Part shown: positions 1 to 10,699 of the stretch, in pieces
Position numbering within the stretch: the first letter of the stretch is position 1
Layout: each line of letters starts with the position of its first letter
Origin: Rebecca billardiae RCC1528
Lineage: Eukaryota; Protista; Haptophyta
NCBI GenBank assembly: GCA_965240325.2
Contig: OZ251246.1
Location: forward strand, 558,001-622,000
DNA: 64,000 nt
Reading direction: 5' to 3'
The notes under the pieces: generated by a model
Told to the model about the DNA's origin: nothing
Databases searched by the model: none
Seen by the model: the letters and a program-made list of their open reading frames with translations, nothing else
Made by a program: the position numbers and the translations under genes

Positions 1-140
1 CGGTCTCGATCTCATGAGTTAGCGGGCCCGGACCAGCCGGAGCGGGGCGGCGGATAGCCGGACACTTTACCAGGTGGCGTCCGGAATGAAATCGGTCCGG
101 GAGCCCTGTCCGCGTAGCCAAGGCGTGCTGCTCGGGAGCG

Positions 141-1720
141 ATGTCGCACCGGTGCGTACCCGCGACGCGTGGACTCGCGCGGGCGCGGAGGGCCGCGTCG
201 CCGACGGAGCCCGCGCTGATCCGAGCCTTGCACGGGCTGCGCCGTGACCCGCTCCCCCCCACCCCTCCCGCGCGCAGCAAGTTCGAGCACCCGCGCTGCG
301 GATCGCTCGGCTTCCTGCCGAAGAAGCGCGCGCGCCGGCAGCGCGGCCGCATCAAGAAGTTCCCGAAGGATGACTCGGCGAAGCCGCCGCACCTGACGGC
401 GTTCCTGGGGTACAAGGCGGGCATGACGCACATCATGCGCGAGGTCGACAAGCCGGGCTCGAAGCTCCACAAGAAGGAGGTCGTCGAGGCCGTCTCGATC
501 ATCGAGACGCCGCCGATGGTGGTCGTCGGCCTCGTCGGCTACGTGCGCACCGCGCAGGGCCTGCGCTGCCTCACGACGGTGTGGGCGCAGCACCTCTCGG
601 AGGAGTGCAAGCGGCGCTTCTACAAGAACTGGTACCAGGCCAAGAAGAAGGCCTTCACCAAGTACGCCAAGAAGGCGGCGGAGGACCCGAAGGTGCGGCG
701 CGCGCGCGCGACGGCGCGCACCGCCGCCGCCGCGGCGACGCCTCGCGCTGCCCTGCGCCGCGGCGACCGCCGCCGCGTTGGGGCGCGCTCGGTTCTGACG
801 CGTGTCGCGCCGCTTGCCCCCGCGCGCCGCGCGCCGTGCCGCAGATCATGGAGACCGAGCTCGAGCGCATCCGCAACTACTGCGAGGTCGTGCGCGTGAT
901 CACGCACACGCAGATCCGCAAGGTGAAGCTGCAGCAGAAGAAGGCGCACATCGCGGAGATCCAGGTGAACGGCGGCTCGGTGGCGGACAAGGTGGACTTC
1001 GGCGTGAAGCTGCTCGAGAAGTCGGTGCCGGTGGACTCGGTCTTCGCGCAGGTGCGTGCCGCCGCGCGGAGCGCGCGCCGCGCCGCTGCCGCGCGGCGCG
1101 CGCCAACGCGCACCAACGCGCATGTGAGACTCTCACCCCTGCCCGCCCCGCCGCGCGCCCGCACCGCTCGTCCGCTCGGCGCGCAGAACGAGATGATCGA
1201 CGTGATCGGCGTCTCGAAGGGCCACGGCTTCGAGGGCGTGGTCACGCGCTGGGGCGTCACGCGCCTCCCGCGCAAGACGCACCGCGGGCTGCGCAAGGTG
1301 GCGTGCATCGGCGCGTGGCACCCGGCCAAGGTGCAGTGGTCGGTCGCGCGCGCCGGCCAGCACGGCTACCACCACCGCACCGAGCTGAACAAGAAGGTGT
1401 ACCGCATCGGCAAGAGCGACGACCCGAACAACGCGACGACCGACTTCGACCTGACCGAGAAGTCGATCACGCCCGTCGGCGCCTTCCCGCACTACGGTCA
1501 GGTCAACGAGGACTTCGTCATGGTGAAGGGGTGCGTCGTCGGCCCGCGCAAGCGCGTGCTCACGCTGCGCAAGTCGCTGCTCGAGCAGACCTCGCGCGCG
1601 GCGCTCGAGGAGGTCAAGCTCAAGTTCATCGACACCTCGTCCAAGTTTGGGCACGGGCGCTTCCAGACGATCGACGAGAAGACCAAGTTCATGGGCATGC
1701 GCAAGCGCAAGATCGCCTAA
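141..1720 (+). CDS. RPL3: 60S ribosomal protein L3 (uL3); exons 141-151, 278-692, 845-1051, 1187-1720
   Basis: Spliced translation [21 protein letters not shown]...GYKAGMTH...[13 protein letters not shown]...[20 protein letters not shown]...[15 protein letters not shown] is the eukaryotic L3 signature. Three GT-AG introns restore the frame. Confidence 0.98.
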
Positions 1721-3617
1721 GCGGTTGCCAGGCCCGACCCCGCCCGGTCTGCGGCCATGCGAGCCGCCACGCCGCCGCCACGCACGGGGCCCGCCCGTGG
1801 GCGTCTCAGTGATCTCAGTCTGGCACGGGCGGCTCCGGACCCGGCGGCACCCGCGCGGCGTGAGTTGCGAGTCCGCGCTGGGCTGCCCCGACGTAAATAG
1901 CCGCCTGTCACCAATTAACTATTAAGAACTATATTTATAATAAATTAATATACTTTTTAAAAAAGACAATTATGATTCTCGGACTTGCCGCGAGAGTGAA
2001 TGAGCTGTAATTTAAGGCTATCATCCGGTCGTAATTATTCGTATAAATTATTCCGGGCCGGCCCGCCGGGGCCCGGGCCATGCGAGCCGCGCAGCGCGGC
2101 AGGTGGATCGCGGGCAGCAGCTCAAGGCCGCGCTCAAGCAATAATCCGATCGCGGTGCAGTGGGCCATGCTCTCACTGCCCACCAACGCCGACTTCGTCA
2201 CAGTTCGTGTCGACGATCCGCAGGGCAGAGGGCTTTCGGGCACTGCCGCCGGCCCGTCATTATGACGATTCATGAGTCGTCGGTAATGATGACTGAGTCT
2301 GATGTGTGATGGGCACGGCCACGGCCACGGGCTGGCAGCGCCGGCGGGGCTGGGCACCGCCCCCGGCCTGACCCCGGCACTCCCGCGGCCGCGGCCGCGG
2401 CCGCGGCCGCGGGCGCCCGCGGTCACCGCCACCGGGTCCGGCCTCCGGGTTGGGGAGTACACCGTATACTGATACACTCACTGATACAGAAATCAGAATA
2501 CTGGCTACGTGACCCATGGAGTTACGATCTATGCTCGACGCGACTGCGCCTAGTGCCTCAGGGGCTATCGCCTATCGGACGGCGTGCTGCGCCTCTACGA
2601 CCGCCGCGTGCGTGACGCAGAGAAGTGCACCGCCAAAAATGGCCAACCATCTCACGCATGGTGAAGCTCACCCTGCCAGGGGCAGGTGGCGCGTGTCTTC
2701 AGACTTCAGAGTGAATCAGACGCATTAACTGTGGCTCCATGACCATGGACTATGGACTTAATCGGGAGGGCGGCCGTGACGCGGATGCAGGCCCTGCTTC
2801 TCCACAGGGAACCACCGCCGGTGGCAGCCGGCGGCGCAAGAGAGGTCGGGTGGCGCGCCTACTCGTGCTCCCCCGCTGACCGCCCAGCGCGCAGCGCGCA
2901 AGCCGGCCCCGCCGGTGCGCCCGCCCGCCGTGCAGGGCATGGACGCTGACTGGTGCCGCAGGCGGAACGACGAGCCGAGCAGCACAAATCAGAAGCGGAA
3001 GAAGAAAGCCCCGGCGTGGGAAGCGCGGGCAACGGCGCGACGCCGACGGCCGACGGATTCGTTCTCCATCGAGCCGTCGCTCCTCGGCGAGCCGCGCCAT
3101 CAAGGAACGCCAGGCGACAAGGCGGCTTGGCGGCTTGGCGGCCCGTTCGTTGTCGAATGTCGGCGACCGACACTACCACCAACTACTTTTCATATATATA
3201 TGTCGTTACTAGGGATAGTGGATATGATGCGATAGATGATGTAGATGAATCAGGAGTGGAACGTCAAACTGCGCCGCTTGATGAATGACTGACCCGTCGT
3301 AATCACATCAGGCTGCGCGGTTGCCGGTTGCTCATCAGTCTCAGCGGTCAGGCGAACCCCCTTGGTCAGGCCTGCCGCGCGCACGGAAGGGATCAAAGGA
3401 CTTCGTCGGTTATCAGGCTGATTTCAGGCCCTTGGCGGGCCTTGCCGTGAGGCAATCATACTGAGGGCATTTGATGGCCCTGTCCTTGACTGTACTTCGC
3501 GGGTGGGCCAACTGGTAGTTGGTTAGGTGGACCCTCTACTCGTAGTAATCAGTGGTTCGTCAGCAGAACCTGGATCGCAAAAAGCACTCTTTGCTCGGCC
3601 CGAACCCGCGCCACAAC

Positions 3618-6600
3618 ATGGTCCACGCGCCACGAGAACCCCTCAGGCGGACGGCGATCGGGCCGGAAGCCGGCGAGGCCGACGTGGAGGCCGGATCCAC
3701 GCTGGACGACGACGACACGCTCCTGAGCCCGCGCTTCACCCGCCTCGTCGAGCTCAGCGACGCTGCGCTCGAGGAGGCGTTTGTGGCGCAGATCGGGCTG
3801 CCTGTGCTCTACTGGCGCGTGCGCATGGTGTTCGTGCTGCTCTTCGCAGGCTCGTTGCTCACGTTGGTGGCCCGCGTGGCCACGGGCACCGCCACGCCGC
3901 AGGACATGCTCGTTCGCGGCGCGTGGGCGGCCGCAGCCGTGGGCGGGATGAGCGTGGTCGTGTGCGCCAAGCGAGCGCTGCGCCGGCCGCATGCGTTTAT
4001 TGAGGCGCTGGTGTCGGTGATGATGGGCGTGCTGATGGCCGTCCTCATCGGCAGGGCGAGCGTTGGCGCCGACGCCGACCTGTCCACCCCCGCCGAGCTC
4101 TTCGTCCGCGTGCAGGCCATGGGCGTGTTTGGCGTGTCGGCGCTGCACGTGCGCGTGCGCGCTCTGCTGCCGCTCACCGCCGTCTACGGCGCGGCGAGCG
4201 CAGGGTATTTCGTCTCGCGCGCGGTGGCGGGCGAGCCGACGGACACGACCGTCGTCGTCATCGCCACGATCGGCATCGGGCTCACCGCCCTGCTCGGCGT
4301 GCAGCAGGCGCGCCACGCGCGGCGCGCGTTTGCGTCGGCCGCGCTCACGCGCGCGCTGAGCGCGCAGCGCGCGCGCGAGCAGCGCGCGGCGCAGGAGCAG
4401 GAGCTGGCGCTCTCGTCGGCGCAGGCGGCGAAGGTGGCGCGCGCGCGGCTCACGCGGATGGTGATGCACGACCTCCGCTCGCCGCTCCTCTCCGTCTCCA
4501 ACATCGTCGACGCGCTCGAGGACACTGCCGACGTCGCGCCGGCGACCGCGCTCGCCGACCCGTCGGTTGCTGAGCACCTCGCCTCCATGCGCGTTTGCTC
4601 CGAGCTGATGCAGGGGATCGTGCGCGCCGCCAGCGCCGCGCGGCCGCGCGACGCCGCCGCGCGCACCGCCCCGCGCGGCGCGCGCGCACCGCAGCTCACC
4701 GCCGCGCCGTCGGCTGCCGCGCGCACGCGCCGCGCCGCGCCCGCGCCGCCGCACGCTCGCGCCGCGCCGCGCTCGCGCCGCCTCGTCCGCCGCCTCGCTC
4801 TCTCGCGCACCAGGTGTCGGGCATGCTGGACTTTGAGCGGCTCGACTCCGGGCGGCTCGTGCTCAGCCCGCAGCCCGTCTCCGTCGCGCGCCTCCTCGAG
4901 AGCGTGCGGCGCACCTTCGCGGGCGCGGCGGCCGCGCACGGTGTGGCGCTCCGCCTTGCGCCGCCCTCCGCGCGTCTGGCTGCCGTGCGCGTGCTCGCGG
5001 ACGAGGGCTGGCTTCAGCAGGCGCTCAACGCCGGCGTGTCCAACGCGCTCAAGTTCACAGAGCGCGGCGGCAGTGTGAGCATCGACGCGCGCGTGGTGGA
5101 CGACGAGCCGGACGGCAGGGTGCACAAGCCGCAGCCGCCGCCGTCGCCGCAGCCGCAGCAGCCGCAGCCGCAGCCGCCGCTGCAGCGGCCGCCGCATCCG
5201 CAGCTGAAGCATCCGCGGCAGCTTCCGCCGCAGCCGCAGCCGCAGCCGTCGCCGCAGCCGCAGCCGCAGCCGCTGCCGCTGCCGCCGCAGCCGCAGCCGC
5301 AGCCGCGTAGCCCCGCCAGCACGAGCTCCTGGGCGGCCGCCGTCGACCCTCGCGTGGTGCTTCCCAGCCTGCTGCCCGCCGCCGCCGCGGGCGGCGGCGC
5401 GGCGGACGGCGGCGCGGCGGACGGCGGCGCGGCGGACGGCGGCGCGGCGGACGGCAAGGTGGCTGGCGCGGGTGCACGCGCCGGCGGCGCCGCGCACGCG
5501 GCGCGCGCGCCGCCCGCCGCCGACGCCGCCCTCGCCGCGCCGGTGGTGCGCCTCGCAATCGACGTGGTCGACACGGGCATCGGCCTGACGGCTGAGGAGC
5601 TCGCGGCGACTGGCGAGGGCTCGGAGCCCTTCCAGAGAGTCGGCCTCGGCCAACTTAACGGCGCGGGCGGCTCCGGCCTCGGGCTTGCGATCGCGCGGCA
5701 CGTGCTGCAGCTGCACGGGCCCGGCTGCTCGCTGCGCCTCCACAGCGACGGCGTCGGCCGCGGAACCACCTTCTCGCTCACGCTCGCCCTGCCCGCCGTG
5801 CCACCCGAGGCCTCCGCCGAGGCAGGCAACGACGACGACCGCCGCGGCTCGGCGGCGCCGCCGACCGCGCCGCCGCCCGCGCCGCTGGCGCGCAACGCCG
5901 AGCAGTCGGCGCCGGCGTCGCCGCCCGCGCCCGTGCGGACGCACGTCGTCAGCGGTCCGCCCGGCGGCCGCGCCGCCGCTGGTGCCGAGTCGCCGCTGCC
6001 CACCGCCGCCGACGCGCCGCCCAGCACTGTGCCGTCGCCCTCGCTCGCAGATGTCGTGCGCGCCTCCGCGGCTGCGGCGCAGCAGGTCTCATCGGGGAAC
6101 TACACATGTGCTCACATCAACACGTACGGGACGGCTGGCGGCGTGGCGTTGGGCGCGGCGGGCGGCGGCGGCGTGCGCGCGCTGGCGCGGGACGACGCCC
6201 CCGGCGTGCGCGGCGGCAGCGCGCTCGGCGGCAGCGCGCGCGGCGAGGGCGGCCCAGCTGACGGCCGTGCGCGCGCCCTGCGTCTGCTACACGTCGAGGT
6301 GGGTGGCGCACGCCGCGTAACCGCCGCGTAACCGCCGCGCACCGCCGCGCACCGCCGCGCACCGCCGTGCGCGTGCCCACGCCCCACCCACCCCCGCCGG
6401 GCTCTGCCGCGCGCAGGACGACCGCGTGCTGCGGCGCACCCTCGAGGTCAAGCTGCGCCGGCTGCATGTATCCTATACTTACGCCGAGCACGGCGCCGAG
6501 GGCGTGAAGCGCGCGCTCGACGCGCCGCACGCGTTCGACGTGGTCCTGATGGACAATCAGATGTCAGCGCGCGCGCGCCGGGCGCACTGCGCCGCCCAGC

Positions 6601-6944
6601 GCTGCGCCGCGCCGCCGCGCTCTCACGCCCCGCGTCGCGCCAACGCGCGCCCTCCGGTGCCGTGCGCGCCGGCACGCAGGCCGCACATGACGGGCACGGC
6701 CGCGACGCGCCGGCTGCGCGAGCGCGGGTACCAGGGGCGGATCGTCGGCCTCACGGGCGACCCGGTGGGCTGCCCCGAGCGAGACGAGTTCGAGGCGGCC
6801 GGGCTCGACGCGTGCCTCGACAAGAGCACGCTCGGCATGGCGAGTGTCATCGGCCTCGTGCAGCGCTGCGCCGCCGAGCTGGAAGCAGGCGCGCAGCCCG
6901 TGAGCTCCGAGCTCCGGTCCTGCAGGTCAGACCATCGCATATGA
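3618..6944 (+). CDS. Membrane-bound hybrid sensor histidine kinase (TM region + HisKA + HATPase_c + receiver); exons ~3618-4619, 4814-6298, 6417-6562, 6680-6944
   Basis: Several hydrophobic helices; H-box MVMHDLRSPL; N-box QALNAGVSNALKFT; G1 VVDTGIG; G2 GGSGLGLAI; receiver LLHVE|DD, VVLMDNQ|MP, IVGLTG, ACLDK. GT-AG introns join the motifs in frame. Start codon uncertain. Confidence 0.92.
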
Positions 6945-8875
6945 TTATGAGCTGATGAGCTTGTACAGTGCCGTGCACTGGCCAGCACTGGGGCGATAGG
7001 CTGTCGTGATGATGCGACGATATATGTACCGCCGGACGGCGCTCGGCTACTAGTAATAAGCACCGGACCGTTGCCTAACGGATATGCGCAGCTCCGAGTG
7101 AGTCAGTGATATTATTAATTATATTCTGATTCATTTTCCGCCGCCGATTAATATTATATATATATTTATTTCGATCGTCGCGGCACGCAGCGGTCTGAGC
7201 GGCAGCGCGGCAGCGCCGAGCCGGCGAGCCGCGGCAGCCGCCGCCGCCGCCGCGGGCCGAGCCCGAGACGCGCCGAACTGCTCGTACGACTGACGATGAT
7301 GATGATGAGTCAGTCGTCAGTGCCTCGAGAGTGACGACGTCTGACGAGAGTCGACTGAGTCGTATCGAGTGACAGTGAGACCGTGTGAGTGACCGTTGAC
7401 TGCTGATGACTGTGAGTGTGACTCCGAGCACCAGAGTGATCACCATCGACAGACTGAGCCGTCTAGCGGATCACCGATCAGTGATGGCGACCGCGCGTCC
7501 GCGCGAGTACTCTACTGTCTCTTTCAGTAGTGAACCCGCCGAGTCTCGGCGTGATGACTCAGCCTGACAGTGACACGCATGCCCATGCGGGCCCGGGCCC
7601 GGTGGCGGTACGGATCATACGGTCACCGCGCGCCGCTACCGGACCCGGGACGTACGGTCGAACGGTGGGCGCCACTCGCCCACTGCCCGTACCCGCCGAC
7701 TGGGGTCTGGGCGGCGTTACGGTGGCCCGCGGCCGCCGCGTGCCGTACTCGCTGGAACCACGACTCCGGGTCACTCCGCCGCTCGCCGTGCCGTCGCGGG
7801 CGTGCCGTCGGCAGCGCCCGGCGCTTCGCTGCAGGTGATGACGGACTGTCCGCGGAAGCCTAGTCTGAGTGCCTGAGTGGGGCTGCGCATTAACAGTCGT
7901 CACGGTTGCTGATCAGTAGTACCTAGACCGTCCTACGACGTCCCGCCGAATGCGGCGCGCAGTGTCTGCTGACCACGCTGTCCACGGCGCGCACCGCCAC
8001 GCGCAGCTGCCCGGCGGTTGATGAGACTTTTCCATGCTAATAGTACGGCCAGCCACCAGCGCCTGCAAGCGGACGCGAATCATCGAATCATCTATCGTGG
8101 CGGCCGGACGGGGCACCGTCGTGGCTGGGGCGGTGCAGCCAGCTCTTCGCGACTCAGGCGCCGCGCTGGGCAAAGGGCATCGTCTAGGATCATGCCATGC
8201 GCTCATACATCGGCCTTCGTTCGGATCAAGGAAGTGACACCGCCAGGCCTCACTGCTTGGGAAGACCGCGTGCTGTCCACGCTTGCTGGCTCTCTCCAAT
8301 GCTCGTTCTCGTCCCGAGCAGCTCATGCTGTCACCTCAGCACCACGCGGATCATCGTTTGCCCGCCCGCCCACCTCCAGAGCTGAGTGAACTTGGCAGTC
8401 ACATGCGTGCGTGATGCGCCTCGGTGATGGCACTCACGACCGCTAGCGAGTCGGGACTCCACCGCTCCACAGAGCCGAATTCGTTGTCGAACCTGATCCG
8501 TCGTGATTCAAGCAAAGGACCATCATCATTTGATGGTCCTTTGATTATTCAAGTCACTTTGCTCGGGCAAGCCTGAAACCATACAAGAGAAGCTGAACTA
8601 CCTATTGAACTGGGACGATCAAAAACGATGACGAATAGGACCACTTTTGCACCTGTCCCAGCGAGCCTATCTAGGTTGGTGAGTACTGCCGAGATGTGGA
8701 GCTCGGCTCGTCAACCACTCAGAAACGACGAAGCGGCCGTGGGATTTGGTGGGATTCGTCGCCTTCTTTGCGCCCGAACGGGGCGGGCCTGAAGTAATAA
8801 TTGCCATTGAGTTGGTGGTTGAGTGGGTCATCCCAGCCAGTCGTCGCAAAAGGGGCACCTGTCATCCGGTTTGTC

Positions 8876-9460
8876 ATGCTGGCCACGTCCACCCGCCGCG
8901 CGCTCTCGCGACTCGCTGGGACCCACAAGCACCCGACGGCGACCGTCCCGCACGCCTTCCCGCGCACGGAGACGGCCATCCCTCCGACCGTCACCCTCAA
9001 GGAGCTGCGGCAGCGCCGCGCTCGTGCCGTTCCGGATGACTACATCATGCCGTGGCCCTCCTCGGCGCCGGTCGTGCGCGCGCGCCCGTCGGTGAGCGCG
9101 GACTACTCCATCGATGTGCACCCGTCCTCGGCCCCAACACGGCCGAGGCGATGCGTCGACGCGGACTACGACTTCCCCGCCGAGCTGCTCAACCTCGCCC
9201 CGCCGAAGCCCGTCGTGCGCGCCTCGCGGCACCCGGCGGCGACGGCAGTTGGCGTGGAGGAGGCGGCTGCGTGGCCAGTGTCCCCATCGGCGGAGGCGCG
9301 GGCCGTCGACGCCGACTACGTGTACGACTGGCCATCATCCCTCGCGATGCGTGCCCCCCGCGCGCGCATCACCGACGAGAGCTACATCTACGAGTGGCCG
9401 TCGTCGGCGCCGAAGCTGTCCAAGCCGAGCCCGGCACATGTGATGAACTGGGGAGCCTGA
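8876..9460 (+). CDS. Hypothetical 194-aa protein with repeated (V)xxDYxxxWPSS motifs and a possible organellar presequence
   Basis: Coding-like GC3 bias. N-terminus MLATSTRRALSRLAG is Arg/Ser/Ala-rich with no acidic residues. About 5 imperfect repeats. Confidence 0.65.
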   Translation: MLATSTRRALSRLAGTHKHPTATVPHAFPRTETAIPPTVTLKELRQRRARAVPDDYIMPWPSSAPVVRARPSVSADYSIDVHPSSAPTRPRRCVDADYDFPAELLNLAPPKPVVRASRHPAATAVGVEEAAAWPVSPSAEARAVDADYVYDWPSSLAMRAPRARITDESYIYEWPSSAPKLSKPSPAHVMNWGA

Positions 9461-10699
9461 GTCTCCACGGAGTCTCGAAAAGGTCCCGATTCACTCTTGC
9501 CAATGTGAGTGCCAAGTCACCCTTTTGTCTACTACCTGCCGCAGCGCTCGGCTCTCGCGGTGCCACGGTGTCATGCGGGCTACTCTCCCTGCGTGGCTTG
9601 GCTCGGATGGCGGCGGCGCGGGCCGCGGCTCCGGCGCGCCGCGCGCGCGGCGCCGCCGTGACGCAGCAAGCCAGCATAACGCCGCCGCGAGCCGAACTCA
9701 TAATCCGCCTTAGGAGGAACCGTCCGCGACGACCGGGGCCGGCCTCGTCTGATGAAAACCGCGAACCGTGTTGATAATAATAAGAGACGCACACAGCTCT
9801 GAGCTCAGGCAGGCGTGAGATCCGGACGCCCGCGCCAACTGTCACCGCGGCGCCCATGCAGCATGCTGCCATGCCAGCCAGGTTTGGCGTTTGCCACTGG
9901 CGACTGCACACGGCAACAGGGCGTTTGCGCCCTGTTGTCGTGTGCACACTGGGGCGCAAAAGGGGTCACCCTCAGGGGGTTTCGCACTGCTGTTGCCGTG
10001 TGCACCGGCCCGCTGTGGCCGTGCACACGGCAACAGGGCGCAAACGGCCCTGTTGCCGTGTGCAGGCGTGCATGGCTTGCGATGGCAGCCAGCCGTCAGC
10101 AGGGCGCCACGCCCACTGTTCGTTGGTAGGCTGGCCCGATGGCGTCGCGGAGCTCACGCGTACGGGGGAGGAGGGCATCGACGAGGAGACGACCAAGGGC
10201 GAGAAGCAGCAGGGGGCACGCAGCACGGGGCTCGGAGCATGCCGCGAGCACGCGTGCCTCCACACCGTCGCACATCAACCTTGCTCGTAGCTGTGCGCTG
10301 TGCTGCCACTCATCTCACCATCGCCCATGCTACGGGCGCGGCCGGGTGGTGGGCATCTACCTGTCGGCGCAGCACTGGCACCGGTGGTCGCCAGACACTC
10401 CTCGACTTGCTCTGCGCGTCACAGCAAGGAGACGGCAGCGGCACAGCTGCGTGAGCACATGAGGTCCTACTACTCTAGTAGTACTCGGCGAGGCAGTACA
10501 GGCATGGACTGCACTCCAGGTGCATGCGAGCTACTGGCATACTCCCCTACTCAGACCGCAGGACCATCAATGCCGTGCTGCTTCGGATACACGAGCGCAG
10601 CGCTGCTGGTAACAGCGGCGCTGTTGATGCTGCAGCAGCAGTACGTACAGTATCATGACGGGCGGCAGCAGTTGCTCCAACTAACAGCTCGGTGTTGCT

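Noticed and set aside
152-1186. snoRNAs in RPL3 introns
   Set aside because: No convincing C/D or H/ACA boxes in these short GC-rich introns.
8515-8541. 11-bp-stem hairpin aaggaccatca...tgatggtcctt
   Set aside because: Isolated; no RNA family or terminus context recognisable.
10140-10215. Coding-like fragment (EEGIDEETTKGEKQQ) inside the foldback TIR
   Set aside because: Too short to support gene capture without a database match.
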